From: Phoronis australis
Taxonomy: Eukaryota; Animalia; Phoronida
Direction: 5' to 3'
Assembly: GCA_002633005.1 (NCBI GenBank)
Contig: NMRA01000330.1
Span: forward strand, 310,001-374,000
DNA length: 64,000 nt
The first letter of the stretch is position 1. The number at the start of each line of letters is the position of its first letter. Both the position numbers and the translations under genes were made by a program. The notes beneath the pieces were generated by a model that did no database searches, was not told the origin of the DNA, and saw nothing but the letters and a program-made list of their open reading frames with translations. Below, piece after piece: positions 48,401-60,778 of the stretch.

Positions 48401-51400
48401 CTTTGTTTGTATATGACTTGAGTGTACAGCTGTAGTTTATTCCTGTTCATGTACTTGCCACAGTCTGTTCAAAATCCATTATTTGGAAAACGTGTTTGTG
48501 TTTGGATGACCTCCACACTTCAAGTTCAGTAGCAGCACGTTTTTGGACCTGCAACTCTGGTGGTCTCAGTCTTGGCGCTACTAAACCTCACTTTATAAAT
48601 GGACAAACATTTTTGGTGTATTTAACTTCTGGTAAAGTCACTAACCTTTATGTCAGCGAATTTGTGGCAGGCAACGTCAAGAATTGGCGATTTGTATTGA
48701 AATCACAAAAACAATGAATTTTATTGTTTTATAGCTTTTTTGTCAAAGCTAATGACTTCAAGGATTCTATCTCATCCAGCAAGAATGCCAAAATGTTTTT
48801 TGACCGTAAACTGGTAATGTTTATTTAAATGGATTCCAGTCATGTGACAGTAATGTCAAAGGAGCACGCAAATGTAGCTCTTGTTCCACGATATTCATCG
48901 ACGACTCAACAGTGAGTCAACCGAACCACAAGAACACTGTGAAGGCGGTATCGTTGGCCATTTACTTCCATATACGGAACAGGGAACAGGAGAGACTAGA
49001 GAACCACTGGGACCAAAACAAGATTCTAGACATATTCGATGAAAAGCAGCACCCCCTGTCGGTAAGCTAATGTACTTTAACCATGATTCTTGATGAATAG
49101 CCAAAGGTACTTTTCCAATGATGCTCTTTAAATGGACAAAATTCAAAGCGTTTTGTTAATATTTGCATTTCTAAAGCAGGCCAATGCTGCGGGGAGGGAG
49201 AGACTTAACTGTGGGCTTTACAAATGTCTGTGAAAATCAACGATGAAGCAAAGAAAATTGTTGTCATTTATCACAAGGAAATAGGCAACACAGAAACCAA
49301 ATTAATCAGAATGTGATTAGCTCAATACATGAATAACTATGAATTTTTCAAGGAATTCATTAAGAGTGTTTATGGTTTATCGATCTGCTTGTCTGTATAT
49401 TTTTAAAACAGACCTTCTACTTTATCTGTGTGCTCTAATTACTTGGAGTAGCCAGTTGCAGGTCTGTACTGCCTGTCCAGTTTGTGTAGACATCGTCGTT
49501 ATCCAGACAATTTGTTCTATCCAATTCTCTTGTAAAGTGCTTGCTCCAAATGATTAGTTCCATCTAATTCTGGTAGATGGAGCATGTTACAATCAGTTCT
49601 GTCTAATGCAGGAATCTGTTTTACTGTCATATTTTTGCGGAGGGAGCATCTTCTTAATGAGTAGTTGTGTCTAATTAGTTTAGAGGGAGTTCTGCTCCAA
49701 GTAATCATTTCTTGTAGATTCTTGTAGAGGGATCGTGTTCCTAACAGTCATTCTTGTAGAGATAGGATTCAAACAGTCTGTTTTGTTTGATTATTGTAGA
49801 GGGAGCGTGTTCCAAATGACTACGATAAATGTGACCCGGACCGCAAGACTATTTACAGATTCGTGCGGACATTGTTCAGTGCTGCCCAGCTGACAGCAGA
49901 GTGTGCAATCGTCACTTTAGTATGTGGATAACGTTTGTGTAACTTAGCAGTTGATAAACTCCACAAGTTTATATTTTTTGAAAAAGTGTTAACTAAATAA
50001 GGCTCTCATCAAAGTTAGTGTAATGTTCTTAATTTTGAAACAAAATTGAATGTTCTTTGTTAGTATCTTTTGAAAAATTTCATCTGTTTCTGACAAGTTA
50101 AGTGTTTTAAGTTGAGAGTCCACTGCACATTAACCCACATTGCCTGCTTAAATTGAGTCCGTGTGTATTTGTGATGGCGCTCCAAACTCTGCCATCGTAG
50201 CTGCTCTACCGTCTGTCCATCCAGCATCCGCTGCTCTTTGATGTATGTTCATGAAATTTTGCACATGTTCCTTTCATGGATGGGATGGCATGAACGAACT
50301 TTCGGATGGATCCGATTATCAGTTTATCCCTAGTGGCAATTTTATTGTTTTACGTTCAGCTATGTATCTTCAAACATCTTCAATGGATTTTCAAACAATT
50401 TGGCAAATAGTCATCTATTAGTGAAATGACGCTACTCTTACGTTTTTGGATGGATTTGAGGTATTTTGCACCACCTAGTGACCATTTTTATTGTTTTCTA
50501 GTTTGTTGTTGGGTTGCGCCCCTCTATCAACCAAACCATTCTAAGGATGATTTTGTAAATTTTCGTTTATGTTTGTACTGTGAAGATGACGGCTGATGAT
50601 GATTTTTGGACAACTTAGACTACTGTAGCGCTTTCTAGTGGCAGTTTTTTTGTGTCTATGGCTGTATCTCCCAAACCTTCTGCAGGATCTGTGGTTCCTA
50701 ATGCCAGTTTGTTTTTTTTACATTTGTCTTTGTATCTTTGGAGTTGTTTGATGGAATTTGGCAAATAGCTTTGAGGTACGGCATCACCTACCCATTTTTG
50801 GATACATTCAATGTATTCTGTGCCATCTGATGGATATTTTTATGGTACAAATAAACACCCGTAGAAGCACACCATTTGTTCTGCAGTCGTAGGTGCATTT
50901 CAACGCTCTTATATAGTTATTCTGCTGAGAGTCGGAAGCTTCACTGAGTCTTTAATACTCCGTCACTTTGTCAGAAAATGTGTCCTGCTTGTGACAAACG
51001 GTCGTTCCACAACTGTCTCAAGCTTTAGCCACTCTGTTCAGTATAGCAGACGTCATTGTGAACTTTTTAACAGTCTATTCCGAACTGTTGACGAGAGCTA
51101 CTTATTATACTTTTTCGAAAGTTTAATCGATTTGTCAATAGTGCTTGTCAGGATTTAGTGTCAACGCTGCGTTTAATATCCAGGTTTACCTAGAGCGACT
51201 GCTCACATACGCTGAGGTCCAGCTACAGCCGTCCAATTGGAAGAGGATCACGCTAGGTGCCATATTGATGGCGTCCAAAGTGTGGGATGACCAAGCGGTG
51301 TGGAACGTCGACTACTGCCAGATACTGAAGGATGTCACAGTTGAGGACATGTAGGTTGACTGGGGCGTGGTGGGCCATCAGGCACTCTGGGGGAGGGGCG

Positions 51401-54400
51401 TGTCCATTTAGTTAGGCAGAACGATTTTGTCATTTTATTCAGAACCATTAAATGTATTGGACACTTTGCCAGAACCTGTCTTCTTAGCTTAAAGATTATC
51501 TTGAATGGTAACACCTGTAAATTTGGTTTCTGCGTCATCACGAGAATCACCTTTCAATTCAAACAGTTGTGAATAACACCCGCACACAATGGTGTCCTAT
51601 TCAGGTCCCTAATGTATTTAATACAACTGTTATCAATCTTTTGTTGTTTGTGCTGGGATCTCGCGGTGATGCAATATGTCACAAATAGACAACTTCATCT
51701 ACCATTTGACGGGCCTACATTTGAGTCTATTGATATCACGGTGTCTACGCTCCAGTAACACAGAACACGTTTTGCGAAACTCGCGTGATCGCATATTGTT
51801 GCCGCGACTTCTACCGATAACTTCTGATCAATGAAGCTTCAATGAGTACCAAAGCTTCACTTTTAAATCCTATTATTTTAAGCAAAGTTTCGCTTGCATA
51901 TTAACTACCGGAGTTAACCTTTCCCACTTACCGAAACTTTGGTAAAAGCAAAGTTTTGTTTCTAATGGGAAAGCGACTTAAATGATTGCAGTGGTCATTA
52001 GTGGTCCACTATAGAATAATGACTTGTAAAAGCAGAATGGTCCTGCACCCCTGCAAAGTATCCCAATATCCCCCAGGGATGACCTCACTCATCAATTGCC
52101 CAGATGCACACAGTTGATTTCCAGACTGAGTTTGGCTGTAGTCGCTTTAGATCTTAAGCACATAACTGACCACTCAAATGGATGCCTGAACACTTATTAT
52201 TTCCATTTCTAGGACAGACTTACAAGTATACAAATCTTGGAAAAACAACAAACATTTAATTAAGCCAAACTGAAATCTTATCAATATAGATTTTTTTGTG
52301 TTATGAGCTCAGCCCCAGGAATCGGTTTCCCATTATATCCAGGTTCTCATTCACTCCCTTGCATACAGTCACAAGTAAGACTGAGCTCAGAGGAGTAGGT
52401 GAAACTTTTGTGCAATGCTCGAATGTCAGCCAGTGAAGCCAGGATTTGAACCCAGGTCTCCCAAGCGGGAATCCGGAGCTCTAACCACTGAGCCACAGTG
52501 TCTCCTCAATATAAATTCCTGAAGGCTTGACCATTTAGGCAATCACAATTGAAATTTTGTACTATGAATGAGCATTTGTGATTAGGGCTGTTCCAGCAAA
52601 ATCGGTGTGGGGGGAAGGCAACTGAAATAAAAATTTATGGGTGGTTGCGTTTGATTTAAATTCAAAATGGCTGGTGGTCGTACTTCAAAAAAATAAAAAT
52701 TTACTGGTCGTTATTGTTTCATTGGGCCATAAATGTTTGATGGTGGGTAATTTCAGTAAATTTTATAAACAATCCGCACAGAATCAAAAACTGAAACAAA
52801 AACGCAACTTCCAAAAAGCTCCGACTTTTTCACTCCCTCCGATCTTCTCATCGGCATGCCCATAACACCAGTTAACCACAGGTGCTCGAATTTCTCGATG
52901 GTTAATGACCATATATAAGAAACGTGTGTTTTCTTAGTAATGAATGACGTTAGTGGTGATGGAGGAACAGATAAACTCGAGCGCCTGTGCAGTCAACCAC
53001 AAGAACAAAAAAATACGGGCGGTTGCATTTCAAACTTATAAAAAATTACGGGTGGTAGGCTGAAGAAATAAATGAAAAATATGGGTGGTGGGTGCGAAAA
53101 AAGGTGCCTTCCCCCCTCCCATACAGATTTTACTGGAACAGCCCTTACTGGTTTATATTTGATGCTTACATTACCTCTGATGTCTTACAAACAGGAACGA
53201 ACTTGAGCGACAGTTTCTGGAACTGCTCCAATTCAACATCAATGTGCCCTCTAGTGTTTACGCCAAGTACTACTTTGACCTACGAGCTTTAGCGGACCAC
53301 CATGAGCTGGCGTTCCCGTCAGAGCCTTTGAGTCGAGAGAGAGCCATCAAGCTGGAGGTAAGCAATGTCACGTGACTGGACACAGGTGTCGCCAGTTGTC
53401 TTGTTTATTTTTACTGTGATTCAAGTTACACGATCTTCATGCTTAAAACTTAATTTCCAATTTGTACTTAATTCGTTGTCGGAAAAACCAAAATCATCTT
53501 ACTTTTACCAATTCTGTCACAGAATTTTCCTTACAATGAGAGGACTTTATATTTCACTTAAAACTGCATCTCCAATATCCATTTGGTTAGCTGTAAAAAT
53601 AAAATCAAAACCAGACCACCCGTTCCGCTATGAAATTGTTTGTGCCATGATAGGGACTCCATTTCACTTAAAGCTAAGTTTCCAATTTCCACTGGGTTAG
53701 CTGTATGTTTAACCAAACCCAGACCATTTTCCCCGACTGATTCGTCTCTGAATCTTCTTTTCAATGAATTGATTTCATTACATGAAGAACATCCAGCAGT
53801 TTTACAAGTCATAAACCACTTCAGAAGGTCATAGGGTTGATCAGGTTCTTCCAACAACGCGATGTAATTCTTTCACGGGTTGTGTCTCTTATGCCAGTAA
53901 TCTTTGGTACAGTCGTGTTTAAAACTCAACATTTTAGGATCAGTGTTGGATTAAGTAGAATTCCTGAAGTTGTAACTTATTAGCTTTGACCAGAGATATA
54001 AAATAACAAAATTGTTGTTTTTTTTTCTGATTTTTTTTACAAATCACCAATTCTTGCCATCGTCCATCAGACATTTGCTGAAATCATTGCCTTTTAAATA
54101 CACTAAAAATATGCTGCTATTGAATGCATGGCATTTGACTCAGCGGCAGAGCATGCGATGGAGCATTGAATTAACAAAGCCACAGTTGTTTCCATGGCAA
54201 CTTATCTGTAACAGTTGTTGTCTATGGACTGTAGTTCCCTCATTTGTCTTTGTGCGTAAAACTGTTTCACGTGAATACATGTAATGTCGCGCTTCTTTCA
54301 AACAATTGTTTGGTTTCTGATATTTTATGTTTGAGTAGGTGTCTTAGATTATTTGAAGTGACCTGTGTTCTGTTATAGGCCATATCTTCAATTTATGAGG

Positions 54401-54498
54401 ACAAATTGAGGGAGAAAATGAAAGCCAAGTTGAAACGGTCCAATAGCCTAGACGGTCTTACATCGCATGGCAAGAAGGCAAAAGCAATACTCTCATGA
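36473..54498 (+). CDS. CCNY: Cyclin Y (CCNY/CCNYL1 family), 360 aa, 8 coding exons
   Basis: Exons: 36473-36632 ([17 protein letters not shown]; N-myristoylation/palmitoylation-type start), 46051-46140 (DPSLHP), 47141-47181, 48840-49061 ([31 protein letters not shown]), 49800-49919 ([22 protein letters not shown]), 51184-51350 ([42 protein letters not shown]), 53195-53357 ([30 protein letters not shown]), 54379-54498 (KRSNSLD..AILS*). All introns GT-AG, total 1083 nt. Confidence 0.96.
36793..37281. mobile_element. hAT-like MITE remnant in CCNY intron 1
   Basis: Imperfect TIR TAGAGACCCTAGTTTTC / GAAACCTGGGGTCTCTA; no recognisable TSD. Confidence 0.5.
37767..39078 (+). mobile_element. Non-autonomous Kolobok-type DNA transposon with ~310-bp inverted ends, in CCNY intron 1
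   Basis: TTAA on both sides (37763-37766, 39079-39082); AG..CT termini (AGGCGAAAGCAACC / GGTTGCCTTCGCCT). The inverted repeat spans ~37767-38077 vs ~38765-39078. Contains a THAP ORF and a Kolobok-like CxxC..CxxGH transposase N-terminal remnant. Confidence 0.88.
38030..38746 (+). pseudogene. Degenerate THAP-domain/transposase N-terminus of the Kolobok-type element
   Basis: ORF 38030-38452 reads [37 protein letters not shown] (THAP pattern, third Cys and the FP proline lost). 38627-38746 reads [30 protein letters not shown]. No DDE core is present. Confidence 0.8.
38545..41653. other. Uncollapsed haplotype duplication (38545-40014 vs 40194-41653)
   Basis: Near-identical blocks flanking the N gap 40015-40193. 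Confidence 0.85.
40194..40714 (+). mobile_element. Right part of the same Kolobok-type element on the alternate haplotype
   Basis: Near-identical to 38545-39078; ends GCCTTCGCCT-TTAA with the same flanking DNA. Confidence 0.75.
43464..43775. repeat. 18/19-bp minisatellite with an inverted first unit
   Basis: (TAACCTTAAGTTCCATTT)n preceded by TAACTTAAGGTTAGAAAT in the reverse orientation. Confidence 0.9.
50130..50910. mobile_element. Same subunit-repeat element family, copy B (opposite orientation)
   Basis: GCACCACCTAGTG-type motifs at ~50328, 50467, 50627, 50820; CCGTCTGTCCATCC microsatellite-like head. Confidence 0.5.
52293..52505 (-). mobile_element. tRNA-derived SINE
   Basis: On the - strand: A box TGGCTCAGTGG, B box GGTTCAAATCC, ~130 nt body, A-rich tail; near-TSD TCAATATA(G/A)ATT at 52281-52292 and 52506-52517. 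Confidence 0.78.
52585..53144. mobile_element. PIF/Harbinger (Tourist-like) MITE in CCNY intron 6
   Basis: TTA TSD (52582-52584, 53145-53147); ~35-bp imperfect TIR GGGCTGTTCCAGCAAAATC..GGGGGAAGGCA. Confidence 0.85.
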
Positions 54499-55189
54499 CC
54501 TCTGGTGGACAGTACTGTGATTACAAAATCCATCATCTTGTGTTTAAGTTGTTGGATATATGCGTGGTCAATGGGAGCCTGAAGTCAGACTTCACTCTGG
54601 TGACCTCTTGTGGACATTGATATAGACGTAGAGCTCCCTCCGTGAAGACGAGAGGTTTGGTTGGAGAGGCCCAACTATGTGTCCAGTTCACATCTGGTGT
54701 GCCACGAAAGACATCTGACCACCTGCACTTTTTTCTTTTTCTTTTTCTTTTTTTTGAGGGAGGTGGTGAATTCTTGACACAGGTCTCAGTGGTATTCATT
54801 TACACCACCAGGCGGATACAGCAGCTAGGCAGAGGTGCATTTATTGACAGCTATTTATGTGATCAGATTGGCCCTGCTTGCTGGAATTACATGGCAACAG
54901 ACTAAATAACTTTTGGGTTATTTTCCAAAAGAGGGTTTGGCTTCTGTTTCGTGAGCTGGCCAAAGTGATTTCATGAAATTTGGCATTACACTAAAATAGG
55001 TTACCGGTATTTGGTCTTTTGATTAAAGTCAAACATTTGTAATTTATTATGCACTGCAATGAAACTTGTTAGAAAATGCAGAGGTATGTTAAATGACAAA
55101 TTTGTCTTGTTCATGGACTAATAGACCTTGAGATTAGTATCTGGCCTCTTGCTAAAGCAGTCTTGTGTTTGTTCGATTTTTCTTTTGTG

Positions 55190-55322
55190 CCCCAGTAGGT
55201 GTTGAGGGTCCCAGCAGGTGTTAAGGGTTTCAGTAGGTGTTGAGGGTCCCAGTAGGTGTTGATGGTCCCAGCTGGTGCTGAGGGTCCCAGTTGGTGTTGA
55301 GGTCCCAGTAGGTGTTGAGGGT
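55190..55322. repeat. 19-bp minisatellite downstream of the CCNY stop
   Basis: (CCCAGTAGGTGTTGAGGGT)n. Confidence 0.9.
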
Positions 55323-57781
55323 CAAAGGTCGGTGCATTGTCCACATAACTGTGTTTGACAAAAAAAATTTATTGGTTCCTCCCACTTGACTTCACTAAAC
55401 TCATTAAAGGCTTGTGAATACCATGCAGTTCTTATGAGTGAAGTTAGGTTGTGTTTTTTGTGAACAACATTTGTAGGGATTGCTTGTAGTTGAGTGATGG
55501 CATACCTAAGAATGTGTATAACACAAAGCCAATCACGTAAAAATTTGTCTCGTGACTTAATCTTATTAATCTGTATTTGTCGCTAGCTGTCTTTGTACGT
55601 GTATCGTGTGTTGAAATTTTTGTAATCATGTCGCTTGTTTCGGTTATTATTGCAAGCTTTCAATGGGACATGTGGACAACAAGTTAGTTACTATATGCGT
55701 TATGGCTTGTGTTGGATTTATAAGGGCAGAGACAGCAATGAATGTGATGCCTGAACCAGAAATCTGTTGCCCAGGTCAAATACCCAAACTCGACTTTGAT
55801 TACCATGTTGTAAGTTTAATTGTAGTTGGTCAATTTTCAAGTCGAGTTTTGAGATCCTGAACTCATCTTGTTGATAAATCTGTCTTATCTTGTTTTTGAA
55901 AACCTAAAAAAATTGTTGACAGGCAAATGCTACATTGTTTCAATTTTGATTTCTTGTTGAAATCCAGGGTTATGTCACATTTGGTGATTTTGGTGGCACA
56001 TTTTGTAGTTTAGGGATTCCGGTTTTCATAGAGCCTTGATATTACGTCACAGGCAGTTCCTGTGGTTTTTTTAAGTCATAAACCAACTCATTCAAATTTT
56101 GTGTGTTTGTGCTGTGCCAGTAGATTTATTGAGGTGTTCACTAAGCGAAAAATTATGCAAATGTGCTGCTTCTAAAATATTGTTGAGGGCTTGAAAATGA
56201 TTGGTCGAGGAGAAGCACTTATTAAAAGTGGGCCAAGTTGACGAATAAATGAAGTAACTACTATATATGCGTGTATTTAGTTCCATATTCCTAGTTCAGA
56301 ACACAATTCAGAAATGCTTTGCTCTCAAGGGACTGCACTGGAGCTTCACGTGTCTGCAGGTCTTAAACTGAGTGTAGCTTTTTTCCATTCTAGGTTACTG
56401 TAGTTTTCATTTAGTTAAGATAAATTTTAAGTTGAAAGCACGTTAAAGGGATCTTATCATTTTTATAGCAGAAAAATTTTTTTGGATTGTTAATAAATGG
56501 GATATATTCTTTTTGAAGGTATTAGCTTTGACCAGAGATACAAAGTAATAAAATCTGTTGAGCTTTAAATTTGTGATTATGTTCTAAGTGGTCAATTCTT
56601 GCCGGACATTTGGTCGTAATTAGAGCTGTTGGCTACCACTTTGATACGCTTAAAACACTCGGGCATTATTGAGTACAGTTGGAGGTCAGCCAGCGTAGCG
56701 GGGGGAGGGGGGGGTTCCGAGTTTGGGGTTCAATTCTGTGTTGGGTTTGATTTCACCCATGTCACACCAGTGTTCACTTTCTCACATTGAATTTTGCTCA
56801 AGTGTTGCACATATATGCACATGGGCCCAATCGCAAACATAGACACACATGCAGGCACATGTACCTAAGTACACGCATATGTGGTATTTTTCAGTATCTC
56901 AATGGATGTTCCCAATGATCTCTGTTAGCATTGATAAGTAATGACTGGTGAATGACTACCAACTGATAGATGCAGTCTAGTAGTAACGCCTTCATTCGTG
57001 GTGTTGGATTAAGTAAGGTCTTGTCCCCAGTCTGAAATGTTCTATGTTGGAATTCATTCATCACTGAACTGGATCTTGGACTATTTCTTCACAGGAAGGT
57101 TAGGCATGATTTTGGCATTTCCTTGAAACACTATTGGATATTTCTGCATTATTCAGACTCTGGTAAAGATCTTGCTATTAATGTTTGGGTAGAATTGATT
57201 TTTACACCAAGTGGATGGAGTGAATCAAGTTTTTTTCCTTTGAAAGGGTATTGGTTTATGGGATCAGATGTGAAATGACAAACCCTTCTTGCAGTGACCA
57301 TAAACTTGCCTTCTGTTGCAAAAACCAGTTTTGATTTAGATCACTTGCCGTTATGAATTATCAAATTGTTTTCAGATTGTTCCTTACTCAAAACAGGTGT
57401 GATTTCTGGGTTTAGAACAACTGTTGCTGAGGTGTTTCTTGAGACCAAGCTCTGCCTGTAGACTGGTCAACGCCTGTTATGTTCTTCACTGAGTATTGTC
57501 TCGAGAAATTAAAGAACTACCAGTTTCGTGCAAGACCAAAAATCATTTCTCAGTTGAGTTAGGAACAAGTTAAGACCAAATTTGTAGCGGTAAGTTGTCT
57601 AAATTGAAATTTAGTTGGTTCTGTCGAATGCAGTTTTGCTACTTTAAGCTCAAATTTGTCTTTATACAACTGATGCAAGAGCTTTGGGTCCTTAAAGTGT
57701 TTATCACTAGTAATTATGCTTTTTTACCTCATTGTGAGGAGGGTGCTATTACAGTAAAGACATGCAGATACCTGTAAGAAA

Positions 57782-57892
57782 GGCTGCCCTAGCTGCAGAA
57801 GGCAGACTGCTAGTGCCACCTAGCTGAGGAAGGCAGACTGCTACTGCCCCCTAGCTGAAGAAGGCAGACTGCTACTGCCCCCTAGCTGAGGA
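57782..57892. repeat. ~30-bp tandem repeat carrying a CTCF-like core
   Basis: (GGCAGACTGCTACTGCCCCCTAGCTGAGGAA)x~3.5. Confidence 0.85.
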
Positions 57893-60778
57893 AAAACAAA
57901 CTTCACATTCTCTATCACAATAGACCTTGCTTTGTGCCAGTATGTTCATTATTACCTTCATGTAATGTGAGGTTGCATCAGCAGTCATTTGCCCACCATT
58001 AGTAAGACCCCATCACTGTGTAAAGTGTATACATAATGTACATTAACAAGTTGGCCATTGCTATTTTGTAGTATTTATTAAGCAAACGATTTGTATAACA
58101 AACCTGTTGGCCGTTGTTGGTTCACTTCTGCATTGATGTCGTGTACAGCTTCCAAGCCAAGTGCCACCTTGTCAACGATGCCATCTGCAGACTTAGTATA
58201 CATTGTGAGGAATTGTCGAGCTACTATGTGGTATCCGGCTCTAATCTCCGGACTCAAAATTCAACTCAAAATTATTTTTGACATTTTCTGTTCTCTTATA
58301 TGAATTCAAAATGAGTATAATAATCTTATTCTGCGCCCGAGTATACTAAATGATCATCTGGTCCAAGATAGCAGGTGATGACGCCTAGGTTCGAGCTACA
58401 AACTCTAGTTCGAACTCGCATATACCGTACTACACTTCGTCACAGACAAACATGCAGACAATAATTTTGAGTTTGTACTAACAGAACTAGATAATTTTGA
58501 GTTCGATTTCAACTAAAAGATTAGCGTCTGGACTCCGGAGTGATGCTAAGAGCACCAACTAGAGTCTCTTTTGCAATGTGCAACGTGTGCTTTTTGTTTA
58601 TAAAAGTGCTAGGACATACTAAACTAACACCTAAGTGTATATCTTGTTTACGCCTTGTAATTTATTCAATATTAATTAGTTTTTACTTATTATTAACGAG
58701 CATGACACGTGGATAATGTTTAAATTGTGCAACAGTGACTGTAGTTGTAGTAATCAAAGTTCTGAATAGATTTTAGGTTACGTAGCTCTGCCACGTCCAA
58801 TATTTTGCAATATATTACACACCTGAGCTTCATGATGGTTATTTACATAAAACTGTGCGATGGACAGTTATTGAAAAAATGTTTATGTTACTAAATAATA
58901 TGCATACAAAATGTGTCAAGACTGTTTGGCACAGTTTTCCAAAAACCAGCAAAGCATTATGGTAGTTCTCTACTTTGCACAATGCGAATTCCTTTACGGA
59001 CCGCAAATGGAAAATTTTCCCAAATTTGTTTACATCAGCCCAAACCAAATGTCACTTGTCCACCAAGTTGTGTACTAAACAGATGAAGAGTTACTGCATT
59101 TGACTAATTTATAAATATTTGGATATTATTTTTGATTTCATAAAAGAAAGTCGAGTTATTTGCATGCTCCTTACTATTGACGGCAGATCATTTTCGACTC
59201 AAAAATCATTCTTAAAAACATTTGGCAATTTTCAACATAGTTCATATTTGCATCATCGCTATGTTGTGTTTCTAATAAATTTGACCAAACAATCACAGAG
59301 ATGAGGAATTCGCATCCAAATTGCACTTTAAGGGGATGATCCAAAATTTGCTTCTTAGTCAGAATGCATACTTCAGGTTAAAGGTCATTTCAAAGCCATT
59401 TTGGAGTTCAAACACAAACATAAATAAAATGAGTTTACATTGGAATATCAAACTACCGAAACAATAGTTACATTCCGTTTGGTCCCAAGAAGTCGTGTAA
59501 ATTTTTGTAATACCTGGAAAAGGTGTTCCACACAACAATAGATGTCACTGGTGCTGAAACTGAGCTAGACATTTTCATTGCAACATGTGCCACTACCAGC
59601 CCTGTGTGGCAGGCTACACAAGCACTGGAGTCAACAAATCAGTAATGGTACTTTTTATAACCGCAAAATCAAAGGAAAACAACAACTAAGTAAAATTCTC
59701 ATTTTATTTTTAATTTAATTACCAGTCAGTGATTACATGCCCGCAACAACACCACAGGTACCCAATTACCATTAGCACCCAGAACTGCAGAGAACTTATT
59801 TTTCAAGTTTCTTTCACTAATTTCAAAACTTAAAACATGAATTCAAAGCAATAATTTGGACAACATGGCTGAATTATGCTTTTAACAGCTAACTGTTCAC
59901 ACTCGTTTCACGACGACTTTGTCCGAAACTTTGAAAATGGTGCTCTTCCAGTTTAGTTCTTGGCAACACTTGACAAAATTACTTCTCGTTGAAAACTGCA
60001 AAACATTTTTGGCATATTTTATCAGTTGCTTGTATTTTCATTTGTTTGACAAAATTGTTTTGGAAATCGCTAAGTCACTGCCTGCATCTTAGTGTATTTC
60101 TGTCAGTTTCTAATATCTAATACCCAAACAAGTGGAGGACTTTGTGTTCACTGTATTCTTTTGCAAATATTGTTCAATTTGTATTCGGACAATCCATTAT
60201 GAACAACTATGAGTTGATTTTCCAACAAGCACAGATTTGACAATCAAAGCTGTGCTCCTCATCAAGTAGTATTTCAGCACGATGTCTTAATGACTAGTAT
60301 GCCACACACATTTACAATTACACTTGACAATATGAACAACCCAAAAATGGCAAAGCAAAATAATTCACTCACTCCCTAAAAGGACAATAGTTAGTATTTC
60401 AAAAGGCATCATACACTTTGATAAGGCACCCGAAAATTGGGAATAAACCAATTATTCTTATACAAAAAAAAACAATTTAGAAAGGAAATTTTACGACCAG
60501 TACAATTACTTTTAAGAAATAAAAATATTCTCTGTACCAGGAAATGCTAGTTATTAAATATTCGTAAATTTTAGTATAGAAATATGGGTAAGATTTAAAT
60601 AAGCACAAATTTCCTACACGTTTCAAACAAATAGTTCTTTTTCCATAACAGCTGCAACATTTTAAGTAATTGATCAATCGCATGCTTAAAAGATACAAAA
60701 ACAGTTTTGACAGCAGTCGTGTAACTTTCCCTGTATTCATGAGTCCTTTCCTTGCAGATTAATAAGTCGTCTCTTCAT

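Noticed and set aside
48948-48955. GTATCGTT resembling a U12 donor
   Set aside because: It lies inside the continuous CCNY reading frame ([10 protein letters not shown]) and mismatches the GTATCCTT consensus.
52425-52505. tRNA gene candidate
   Set aside because: It has A and B boxes but no convincing acceptor stem, and continues into a body, A-tail and TSD, so it is a SINE.
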